Shown piece after piece: positions 21,863 to 29,938 of a stretch of 64,000 nt of DNA. The stretch is from assembly GCA_963662465.1 (NCBI GenBank), contig OY759599.1, forward strand, positions 5,824,001 through 5,888,000. The letters are read 5' to 3'. Each line of letters begins with the position of its first letter. The stretch's first letter is position 1. Below the pieces are notes generated by a model, which saw only the letters and a list, made by a program, of their open reading frames with translations, did not search any database and was not told the origin of the DNA. A program made the translations under genes and the position numbers. The stretch is from Desulfatiglandales bacterium. Lineage in GTDB: Bacteria > Desulfobacterota > DSM-4660 > Desulfatiglandales > Desulfatiglandaceae.

Positions 21863-22842
21863 ATTTCCGAGACTTTCCGTTCTATGAAATCAACCACCAT
21901 TGCTTCGATTTTTACGCCATCCAGGCGGTTAATCCTCGGAATGCCTCCGGGACTCAGACAATTAATTTCTACCATCTTATTGTCTATAACGTCAACCCCT
22001 ACGAAGAACAGACCTTCTTTTCGCAAATCGTCCCTGATTACGCGGCAGATGGCGCGATCCCCGTCCGTAATGTCATGTTTGTAGGCCTTGGCCCCGGCAT
22101 GGATATTGGTTCGAAAATCCCCTTTGCCGGGTTTTCTCCGCATGGCCCCTACAATTTCCCCATTGAGCAGCAGTATTCTCACATCGCCGTTTTTTTTAAC
22201 ATCATCCAGGTATTCCTGAACCATGATCGGTTCTCGTTCCGGGTATGCGCGATAGGCCTTCACGTAGTAATTGATCAGGGAATTCAAATTTTCCTGATCC
22301 TTGAGACTCACTTTGATAACCCCTTCTCCCCCATACCGCTGAAGGGGCTTTACCACCATGGCGCCGCCGAAATTGTTGATGATTTTTCGAATCCGCGCCG
22401 GATCGCGCGACACATGGGTTTCGGGGATGATTTCCGGAAAATTGAGCATATAAAGCTTGCTGTTGGCTTTGATTTGGCCCGTCGTGTTGTTAATCATGAA
22501 CACTTTGTCGCTGACCGACGACAGAAATTCCATGGTTTGATAAACCAGGGGCGGGTTTTTTCTCAGGAAAAGCGCGTCCAGGTCCGCGATGGTCTCAAAT
22601 ATCAGTTCATCTTTCTTGAGACACTGAATCAGGCTTCGCCAGTATTTTTTCATGGTCAGGTTCGGCGAGACGGTGATGTTGCGCATCCTGGCCACGACTT
22701 TATTCTCCCGAATATAAATGTCGTGGGGTTCCAGGAAATAGACCGTATGCCCCCGCTGGTTGCATTCATACATGAGATGACTGGTGGTTTCATTCTCGGG
22801 CGCTATGGAAATAAGGGGATCCATCAAAAAGGCGATGTGCAT
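21859..22842 (-). CDS. Glutathione synthetase-like (GshB-family) ATP-grasp ligase
   Basis: IAFLMDP, FLRKNPP, VVKPLQRYGGEGV, GDVRILLLNGE, FVGVDVI, EINCLSPGG; divergent from canonical GshB, substrate uncertain. Confidence 0.85.
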   Translation of the reverse strand: MHIAFLMDPLISIAPENETTSHLMYECNQRGHTVYFLEPHDIYIRENKVVARMRNITVSPNLTMKKYWRSLIQCLKKDELIFETIADLDALFLRKNPPLVYQTMEFLSSVSDKVFMINNTTGQIKANSKLYMLNFPEIIPETHVSRDPARIRKIINNFGGAMVVKPLQRYGGEGVIKVSLKDQENLNSLINYYVKAYRAYPEREPIMVQEYLDDVKKNGDVRILLLNGEIVGAMRRKPGKGDFRTNIHAGAKAYKHDITDGDRAICRVIRDDLRKEGLFFVGVDVIDNKMVEINCLSPGGIPRINRLDGVKIEAMVVDFIERKVSEM

Positions 22843-22851
22843 GAAAACTCC

Positions 22852-23724
22852 TTAGTTTTTGGTGGTCGCATAATGGATGATCTGTTCCGCAATGTCGATG
22901 CCGGTGGCTTGTTCGAGCCCTCTGAATCCCGGTGAATAATTAACCTCAATGACTTTGGGAACGCCATTTTTATCGATGATGATATCCGTACCCGAAATTT
23001 CAAGGCCGAGAGTACGGGAAGACCGCACCGCCAGTTTCGAAAGATTCGGGTTTAGCTCAATCATCTGCCCTTGTCCGGTGAGATGGATGTTGGTTCTGAA
23101 ATCCGCCGGACTCGGTTTCAGGGCCATGGCGCCCAAAACCCGGTCTCCCAGCACGAAAGCGCGAATGTCGGTGCGCCCTTCAGGCGGGATATATTCCTGC
23201 ACCAGAATCCCTCGCGTGTTATCTTGCAGGTTGTGCATGACAAAAGATGCCGTGGCCTGCGATGCTACCCGTATAACGCCGTTTCCCTGACGGCTGCTGG
23301 GCATTTTGGCCACCACGGGATACCCTCCCAATTGTTCCACGGCTCTTTCAAACCCTTCCCGGGTGACCACCAGGTATGAATCAGGGACGCTGATGCCGCG
23401 TGCCGCCAGGATTTGAAGCCCCATAAATTTATTTCGCGCCATTAGGATCGATTCAAACCCATTGACGACCCTGACGCCGGAGAGTTCAAAATGCCTGACA
23501 ACCGACAGGGCATAGTCGTTGATGGTCGCGCCGATCCTGGGCAAAAGGATATCCGGCAAACCATCCTGGGGCAACTGGAGCGTCGGTCGGCCATCGCGAA
23601 TGCAGGACAGGCAGTCCCTTGTATGGATGAGTGAAATTCCATGGCCTGTTTGGACCGCCGCCGCCATGAGTCTTTGGTTGGGATGGTATGCTTCATCCCT
23701 TACGCTGAGGATGCCGATGTGCAT
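22852..23724 (-). CDS. RimK-family alpha-L-glutamate ligase-like ATP-grasp protein
   Basis: PRIGATI, ARNKF, LGGYPVVAK, QGNGV, VQEYI, DIRAFV, DFRTNIH, IEVNYSPGFRGLE. Confidence 0.88.
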   Translation of the reverse strand: MHIGILSVRDEAYHPNQRLMAAAVQTGHGISLIHTRDCLSCIRDGRPTLQLPQDGLPDILLPRIGATINDYALSVVRHFELSGVRVVNGFESILMARNKFMGLQILAARGISVPDSYLVVTREGFERAVEQLGGYPVVAKMPSSRQGNGVIRVASQATASFVMHNLQDNTRGILVQEYIPPEGRTDIRAFVLGDRVLGAMALKPSPADFRTNIHLTGQGQMIELNPNLSKLAVRSSRTLGLEISGTDIIIDKNGVPKVIEVNYSPGFRGLEQATGIDIAEQIIHYATTKN

Positions 23725-25478
23725 TATCTGATCCGCTTTTCCATTTGCTTAAGGATGGGAGAGGCGGATGGAACAGCGTGGGGATTGTCTCTGAGGGCCA
23801 GCTGTAACAGCCGTTTCAACCTGAAAAGTTCTCGTATCTCCCCTTGCGCATACCCTTCGCCCCTCAGCAATTTATAGATTTCTTCCACATAGGATTGGCC
23901 GTCGGTGAAGCTCTCGGGAATCAGCGACATCATTTGCATCAAAAGCCGGGATGCCGCCACCGAATCCATGGTCTCATGGGCCCATGCCAGACCGAGTCCT
24001 CTCAGGTTCAGTGCCGCTCGGTCCTCATGCACCAGGGTGTTTCCGGTATAATAGAAGAGATAGGGCTGATAGTAGGGAAGACCACTTTCGTTAATAAAAT
24101 CGATTGTCTCAAAAAATGTATCCCGGGTTTCCCCAGGATAGCCGATGATGAAACTGCCCCGGCTGATAATGCCCTGATCATTTAGCATGCGGATGGCGTC
24201 AAGAGACTGCTTTCGACTGAGCCGTTTGTCCATATTGTCTAAAATTTTCTGGCTTCCCGATTCCAGCCCCATATCCAGGAACTCGCACCCCGACTTTTTC
24301 ATGAGCTTTACCAGCTCGGGCGTCAAGGCGCCGGCTCGGGCAAATGACGACCATGTAAATGAGAATTTTTCATGGATCATCATTTCCAGGACCGCTTTGA
24401 CCCTCTCCTTTTTGGCGGTGAAGTTGTCGTCCGTAAACCGCACATGTCTCACGAAGCCCAGGTTATCGATGGCTTTCAGTTCCCGTTGAAGGACATCCAG
24501 AGACCGGTAACTCACTTTGGGAAACAACCAGTGGTAAGTGCAAAAACGACACCGATAATAACATCCTCGACTGCTGTTGACGGGAAGGGTGTGGCGCAGA
24601 TAGGCCCGTGGGATTTTGTCCCATAAAATGGCCGCCTGGTCCATGTGGATTTCTTCTTCAAGGCGGGGCGTGAAGACCATACGGCCCTTTTCATCAAAAT
24701 AGGCCAGATTGGGGACCGTGCTGAAATCGTTTCCTTTTTCAAGGGTTCCCAGCAGTTTCACAAGGGTCTGCTCTCCCTTTGCCTCCACAACGAATGCGTC
24801 CACCAATCCGTGGAACGCGGTCAAGTATTTCAGGGTCCCTTCTGTGAGGTCCGCCCCCTGGTGCAGCGCTTTTTTCACCAGCATGCCGCCGGCAATGACC
24901 GCAACGTCGGGCGCCAGGCGTTTGATTTTTTCGGCCATTGTCTTGATGTCGTTCATCAAGATAAAATTTGAGGAAATGCAGACTGCCAGGGGCGATTCCT
25001 GAAGCATCGTTTCCAGGTCATCCGTGGCGTAGTTTTGAATAATAAGGGGATCATACCCGTGGTCCGACAGGTATTGATGCATGTAAATCCCGTTTAAAGT
25101 TACCGTATTGGCCAGGGAATAATGCCGGGTCACATTGTCGGGGGTGATTTCCACAGGGCGACAGCCGGCCCTCACATAACCCATAAGATCCAGCAGATCC
25201 ATGTACCGCCCTTCCACAAACAGCAGGGAGGAGAGCGTATTTTCGTGTACCCGGCCTTGCATGGCGGGAAGATCCAGATCCGGAAACCGGTAAGATTGCC
25301 GTTTGGCCCGTTCCAGCGCGCCGATCATCCTTTGTTTTAGCTGGATATCATTATTCAGGGGCTGATTTTGCGCTATGAAAATAATTTTTGTACGGCCCAA
25401 GGGGGGGGTTGACCTCCAAAACGAGAAACGATGATATGGCGGCATGCTAGGGAAATACCGCTCCAAAGTCAATGACAA
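23724..25478 (-). CDS. Cobalamin-dependent (class B) radical SAM enzyme, PhpK-like
   Basis: B12-binding region (AVCISSN..VIAGG), SRGCYYRCRFC, FTDDNF, MGLESGS, FIIGYPGET, WAHETMD. Confidence 0.85.
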   Translation of the reverse strand: MSLTLERYFPSMPPYHRFSFWRSTPPLGRTKIIFIAQNQPLNNDIQLKQRMIGALERAKRQSYRFPDLDLPAMQGRVHENTLSSLLFVEGRYMDLLDLMGYVRAGCRPVEITPDNVTRHYSLANTVTLNGIYMHQYLSDHGYDPLIIQNYATDDLETMLQESPLAVCISSNFILMNDIKTMAEKIKRLAPDVAVIAGGMLVKKALHQGADLTEGTLKYLTAFHGLVDAFVVEAKGEQTLVKLLGTLEKGNDFSTVPNLAYFDEKGRMVFTPRLEEEIHMDQAAILWDKIPRAYLRHTLPVNSSRGCYYRCRFCTYHWLFPKVSYRSLDVLQRELKAIDNLGFVRHVRFTDDNFTAKKERVKAVLEMMIHEKFSFTWSSFARAGALTPELVKLMKKSGCEFLDMGLESGSQKILDNMDKRLSRKQSLDAIRMLNDQGIISRGSFIIGYPGETRDTFFETIDFINESGLPYYQPYLFYYTGNTLVHEDRAALNLRGLGLAWAHETMDSVAASRLLMQMMSLIPESFTDGQSYVEEIYKLLRGEGYAQGEIRELFRLKRLLQLALRDNPHAVPSASPILKQMEKRIR

Positions 25479-25499
25479 TGAGCCTCAAAACCGGCCTTG

Positions 25500-26516
25500 C
25501 TATGCAGCCGATCCCTCGGACATGGAAAGTATTCCCGCCATGTTGGGGTATTTATGAATGAATCTTCGGGACTCCATGTAAATGCGTGAATCCCTGGGTT
25601 CCTTGCGGACCAGCATGGACAGAATTTCCAGTGCCTTATCCGGGTGTCCGCGCAATTCATGGACCTTTGAAATACCGAGGCAGGCATATTTGTCATACCC
25701 GATGGCCATGGCCTTTTGGTAGTTGGCTTCCGCCATATTTAGATCGTTTAAGCGAATGTAGGAATCTCCAATCCGGCTGAGCCCTATCTTTCGGTCCATG
25801 CCGTTTTCCAACGCTCTGTTCCAGGCGCCGATGGCGGACGTGTATTCTTCTATTCCACGCAGGCAGTCCGCCTTTCCGTGCCATGCGTGCGAATTTTTGG
25901 GATTGATCTTGAGCGCATGATCGTAAAGCTGGATGGCCTTTTGAAAGGATCGCTTTTTTCGATGGATGTTCGCTGCCGCCGTGAGGACGACAACGGAATT
26001 GGGAGACACTTCAAGCACTCGCTCAAAAAAGCCAAGGGCCTCTTCATCGGCTCCTTCCCTGGCGGCAATTTGACCCAAACCCATCAAAGCATAGAGATCG
26101 TAAGGGTTGTTTTTGAGGGCCATGAAATAGTACTTTTTTGAGTTCTCAAAATCTCCTTTTTTCTTCAGACAATCGGCCACCCTCGTCATGGTCTTGTGAT
26201 CGTCGGGGCGAAGTTTCAGGCATCTGGACCAGGCGGCAAGGGCCTTGTCCAAATCCCTCAATCCCCGGTAGGCATCCCCCAGTCCGACGAGGGCATGCCA
26301 GTTGTCCTTTTCAATTGAAAGGCACTGTTGGTAAAAATCGATCGCTTCTTCAAACCGCCTTGCGCTTCGTTTCAGATCGCCAACGCCTACGAGGGCATAG
26401 GCATTGTTTTGATCCAGATTCAAAAGCTCCCGATAGGTTTCTTCCGCTTCTTTGAATTTCCCTTTCTTTTTAAGTTGATGGGCCAGTTTTCCAAGATCCA
26501 GCGCTCTCTTTTTCAT
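25500..26516 (-). CDS. Tetratricopeptide repeat protein
   Basis: Repeated ~34-aa TPR units (NAYALVGVGD..EEAIDFY, NWHALVGLGD, NSHAWHGKAD). Confidence 0.88.
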   Translation of the reverse strand: MKKRALDLGKLAHQLKKKGKFKEAEETYRELLNLDQNNAYALVGVGDLKRSARRFEEAIDFYQQCLSIEKDNWHALVGLGDAYRGLRDLDKALAAWSRCLKLRPDDHKTMTRVADCLKKKGDFENSKKYYFMALKNNPYDLYALMGLGQIAAREGADEEALGFFERVLEVSPNSVVVLTAAANIHRKKRSFQKAIQLYDHALKINPKNSHAWHGKADCLRGIEEYTSAIGAWNRALENGMDRKIGLSRIGDSYIRLNDLNMAEANYQKAMAIGYDKYACLGISKVHELRGHPDKALEILSMLVRKEPRDSRIYMESRRFIHKYPNMAGILSMSEGSAA

Positions 26517-26541
26517 TGGGTGTTCTCCTTTAAAAATAATG

Positions 26542-26726
26542 GTAATCGTTCACAGGGTGCAGTTGTCAGGGTGCAGAAAAAAACAGCTTCAACCTTTATT
26601 AAAGCATTTTGCTTTGATCTAATGAAACCAACCCGCATATTTGAGGTAAATTTTTTCAATATCGGTAGATCTTCGAATTTCATTCTGCCCCCTGACAACT
26701 GTCCCCTGCCCCCTGTGAACGGTTAC
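26542..26726. mobile_element. 185-bp MITE with GTAA...TTAC ends and 8-bp target-site duplication (IS66-like ends)
   Basis: GTAATCGTTCACAGGG / CCCTGTGAACGGTTAC TIRs; AAATAATG at 26534-26541 and 26727-26734. Confidence 0.85.
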
Positions 26727-26843
26727 AAATAATGATAGTCCGTATGGTCTTTCATGGCAACCTGGAATTTTATGCTTTCCGGGTGGAAAAAAATAAAATA
26801 TGCTGACATCTCTTTTATGATAATTTGCGGAAGGATATAAACC

Positions 26844-27743
26844 ATGATTGTTCAGATATATGAAATACAGACGCCTCAAGAGGCGGAAAAGTGCATTGAG
26901 CTGGGAGTGGATCATCTGGGAAGCGTTATTCTGAGCTTTGATGCGTGGCGATTGCCATTGTTGCGGGAAACCGTTCGGTTGACTGAAGGGACAAAACACA
27001 AAAGCAGCATGATCCCCCTTTTTCGAGACCTGGATGGCGTTTGCCGGGTTCTGGATTACTACCGACCCGATTACATCCATTTTTGCGATGCTTTGACGGA
27101 TTCGGAGGGAAACATCACCGAATTGGAGTCATTTATCGATTTTCAGGTGACGGTAAAAGAAAAATTTCCTGAAATCGGAATTATTCGAACCATTCCCATT
27201 CCTCAAAAAGGGGCTGTCCCCGATTTTCCATCACTGGAAATTGCCAGGGGCTTTGAACACGTTAGCGATGTCTTTTTGACCGATACCTGGCTGAAAGATG
27301 CGCCGGTGGAAGGCTTTATCGGCATCACGGGAGAAACCGTGGACCCAAAAACGGCGCAGGCCCTGGTGCATCAAAGCATGATCCCGGTAATTCTGGCCGG
27401 TGGATTGTCCCCGGAAAATGTTTACGACGGATTAATGACTGTGCGGGCCGCAGGGGCCGACAGCTGTACCCTGACCAACCGGGTGGACCATGAGGGATCA
27501 CCCATCCGTTTTGAGAAGGACTTTCGAAAAGTCGGCGATTTTGTCAAAGCGGTGCGGGATGTGGAAGCCCTGTTGCGAGAGGAAAAAACCGCCCGGCTGG
27601 CGTTTTTAAGGGCGGAACTGCTGGATCGGGAAAAAGCCCTGCCGGCTCATTCGGTGCGACCCCACCAGATACTGGCCATTGAAGCTTTGGAAGATGAGAT
27701 TGCCGGCCTTGAAAAGGAGATGGCAGACCGGAAAATGGTTTGA
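26844..27743 (+). CDS. TrpF-like (phosphoribosylanthranilate isomerase fold) protein with C-terminal coiled-coil extension
   Basis: MIVQIYEIQTPQEA..GVDHLG, FLTDT, GITG, PVILAGGLSPENV, GADSCT; extra tail LPAHSVRPHQ. Confidence 0.7.
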   Translation: MIVQIYEIQTPQEAEKCIELGVDHLGSVILSFDAWRLPLLRETVRLTEGTKHKSSMIPLFRDLDGVCRVLDYYRPDYIHFCDALTDSEGNITELESFIDFQVTVKEKFPEIGIIRTIPIPQKGAVPDFPSLEIARGFEHVSDVFLTDTWLKDAPVEGFIGITGETVDPKTAQALVHQSMIPVILAGGLSPENVYDGLMTVRAAGADSCTLTNRVDHEGSPIRFEKDFRKVGDFVKAVRDVEALLREEKTARLAFLRAELLDREKALPAHSVRPHQILAIEALEDEIAGLEKEMADRKMV

Positions 27744-27862
27744 AAGCTTCTAAAGCGGATAACCGCAACCAAAAGATCTTGCGCAAAGACGCAAAGATTT
27801 TCTTGTTTTTTTTGACAGAAAACCAGGTGATAAGGGCCTAGCTTTTTCCGAGACTACGCTCG

Positions 27863-27883
27863 AAAAAACCGCGGCTTGCCGCT
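27863..27883 (-). terminator. Hairpin plus U-tract directly after stop codon (repeat family member)
   Basis: TAA-AGCGGCAAGCCGCGG-TTTTTT on the minus strand. Confidence 0.7.
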
Positions 27884-29014
27884 TTAGATGATTTCTCCAT
27901 TCCATAATTTTTTTAAAAAAATCTTCCAGGGAAAGATGGTAATATTATCCTTCGTTTTTCTTTCATATCGGTCACAGCTAACGACGGCAAAATTTTGAAT
28001 ATTTCCTTCTTCTTTCAGTGCTCTGATACCTTTGAGGTGTTTGTCGTGTATTGATGCGGCACTTTTTATTTCCACGGCCCAACGGTTGCCCAGGATCAAA
28101 TCCACTTCAAATTGAGACCTGGATCGCCAATAATGCATTTTGTCTCTTTTTCTTGCATAGGATAGAAAGGCTCTTACTTCCAACAGTATAAAATGCTCAA
28201 ATGTCTTACCGAACAGCTCAGAGTCTTCCATGATTTCGCCCCTGTTTGCCAGGGAATTTGTTACGCCGATATCAAAAAGATAGAGCTTGGATCGGGAAAT
28301 GGCTTTTCGTTTGTGGGTTTTTGTGAAAGCCGTTAGCTGAAAGGCGATCAGAGTATCTTCCAACACCTGGATATAATTCTTGATGGAGTTGGCTGAAACA
28401 CCGCAATCTCTTGCAACGGACTGATAACTGATCTCTTCACCATTGCTCAGGGCCATTAAGTCCAGAAACTCCGAAAATTGGGCTATTTTTCTGGTGAGTG
28501 CTTCATTCTGAATCTCTTCTTTCAAATACAAAGCCGTGTAGGCCCAAAGTTCTTCAACGTAATTATCGCTTGGATAAACCGAGGGCAATCCTCCCCTGTT
28601 GAGATAGGTTATTAAATTAAAGTCAGGAATTTCGTTTGACGTCAAAGGAAACAGTTCAGCCCACCAGGCTCTTCCCGCCAGCAGGTTGGCGCCGCCTCTT
28701 TTAAGCTTGCGAGCGCTGCTGCCGGTCAACAAAAACGTCAATTTTTCCGCTTCGATCAAACGATGTACTTCATCCAATATTTCCGGCAGCTTTTGAACTT
28801 CGTCGATCACCACGACAGGGTTTAACTTTTGTTCTGAAATAATGGATGGATTTTTTAAATATTCACGGTAGGTCCTGATCTCCAAAAAGTCGATTACCGT
28901 GGCGCCTGAAAGGGTGTGTTTAATGAGCGTTGTTTTTCCGGTTCCCCTGGGACCGAACAAGAAAAACGATTTCTTTTTTAACAGTTTCGTCAAATCGAGC
29001 ATTCGTTCATACAT
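27884..29014 (-). CDS. AAA+ ATPase (AAA_14) with DUF4143 C-terminal domain
   Basis: LFGPRGTGKTT, IDEVQK, LTGSSAR, LLAGRA, GGLP, KLYLFDIG, YWRSRSQFEVD..AVEIKS; start MYERMLD; AT-richer than flanks. Confidence 0.88.
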   Translation of the reverse strand: MYERMLDLTKLLKKKSFFLFGPRGTGKTTLIKHTLSGATVIDFLEIRTYREYLKNPSIISEQKLNPVVVIDEVQKLPEILDEVHRLIEAEKLTFLLTGSSARKLKRGGANLLAGRAWWAELFPLTSNEIPDFNLITYLNRGGLPSVYPSDNYVEELWAYTALYLKEEIQNEALTRKIAQFSEFLDLMALSNGEEISYQSVARDCGVSANSIKNYIQVLEDTLIAFQLTAFTKTHKRKAISRSKLYLFDIGVTNSLANRGEIMEDSELFGKTFEHFILLEVRAFLSYARKRDKMHYWRSRSQFEVDLILGNRWAVEIKSAASIHDKHLKGIRALKEEGNIQNFAVVSCDRYERKTKDNITIFPWKIFLKKLWNGEII

Positions 29015-29168
29015 TCTTTTCCTCAAGGCTGTTTCAGATTGTCATGATAATCCGCAATAGCGTTTCGTATTGTTAATGTAAATCGCTGCATTTTTCAACA
29101 GAAAAAATGCAAGTATAAACCGAGAAATGAAGGATTCACTAATTCATAGCAGATTTTACTGACCAACC

Positions 29169-29252
29169 GGGCAGACACGCAGGTCTGCCCCTACCCAACC
29201 CACATTTTTTGATTCACGATATGCCCGTAGGGGCGGACCTATGTATCCGCCC
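29169..29252. repeat. Pair of oppositely oriented GTAG-type REP elements
   Basis: GGGCAGACACGCAGGTCTGCCCCTAC (29169-29194) and GTAGGGGCGGACCTATGTATCCGCCC (29227-29252); same type at 56785-56810. Confidence 0.8.
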
Positions 29253-29265
29253 CCGATAATTGCAT

Positions 29266-29470
29266 GTTTTCAAGGTAAACCCTCATGACAAGGGATTTGC
29301 CACCCCCGTGCATGAAAATGGCATCTACCGCTTTTAGGCTAACCGCTAACAGCTAATAGCTAACCGCTGCATTTTCATGGTAAACCCTCATGACAAGGAG
29401 ATTTGCCACCCCTGCGGATGAAAATAACATCTACCGCTTTTAAGCTAACGGCTAATAGCTAACTGCTAAC
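29266..29470. repeat. Tandem ~105-bp units: ~54-bp TTTTCA...ATGAAAAT repeat plus GCTAACN heptamer cargo
   Basis: Repeat at 29266-29319 and 29371-29425; third copy at 61193-61246. Confidence 0.8.
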
Positions 29471-29530
29471 GTTGGAAGCTGCCCCTAACGTTTCCGTTGG
29501 TCAACTAGCCCACGGTAGGCGATAAATAAG

Positions 29531-29572
29531 TTGACTGAAATCCCATAAATCCTTTAGCATGAAGTAAGGAGG
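29531..29572 (+). promoter_or_regulatory. Putative sigma70 promoter and RBS
   Basis: TTGACT-18 bp-TAGCAT, then AAGGAGG upstream of ATG 29579. Confidence 0.5.
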
Positions 29573-29578
29573 TTTCAC

Positions 29579-29929
29579 ATGACGCTAGCCATCGCTTTTG
29601 ATACCCTTGTTTACGCTAAAAAGTTGAAGTCCGTCGGTTTTACGGAAGCGCAAGCCGAAACCCTGGCGGAATCTCAAGCTCAGCTCATTGAGAGTCGTCT
29701 GGCGACCAAACAGGATATTGAGTTGGTCAGGCGCGATACGGTAGAAATGGAAGCATCTTTGAAGCGCGACATGAAAGAGCTGGAAGTATCTTTGAAGCGC
29801 GACATGAAAGAGCTGGAAGCATCTTTGAAGCACGACATGAAAGAGATCGAGATGCGGCTGACCATCCGCATGGGGACCCTTATCGCCGCCTCCATCGCCA
29901 TTGTGGCCACCTTGGTCAAGTTGCTCTGA
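29579..29929 (+). CDS. DUF1640/CCDC90-like coiled-coil protein with C-terminal membrane anchor and 11-aa repeats
   Basis: AFDTLVYAKKLKSVGFTEAQAE, LATKQD, LTIRMG; 33-bp tandem repeats at 29748-29845. Confidence 0.8.
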   Translation: MTLAIAFDTLVYAKKLKSVGFTEAQAETLAESQAQLIESRLATKQDIELVRRDTVEMEASLKRDMKELEVSLKRDMKELEASLKHDMKEIEMRLTIRMGTLIAASIAIVATLVKLL

Positions 29930-29938
29930 TGTTGAATT

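Noticed and set aside
21826..22935. 369-aa plus-strand ORF
   Set aside because: Antisense shadow of the GshB-like gene, starting inside a REP
13654..26844. RiPP (graspetide) precursor for the ATP-grasp/rSAM cluster
   Set aside because: No short ORF with an RBS and repeated T/S/K-D/E core motifs found in the gaps; the gaps are filled by MITE and REP sequences
29266..29470. CRISPR array
   Set aside because: Only two adjacent ~54-bp repeats, the intervening sequences resemble each other and are heptameric, and there are no cas genes in the window
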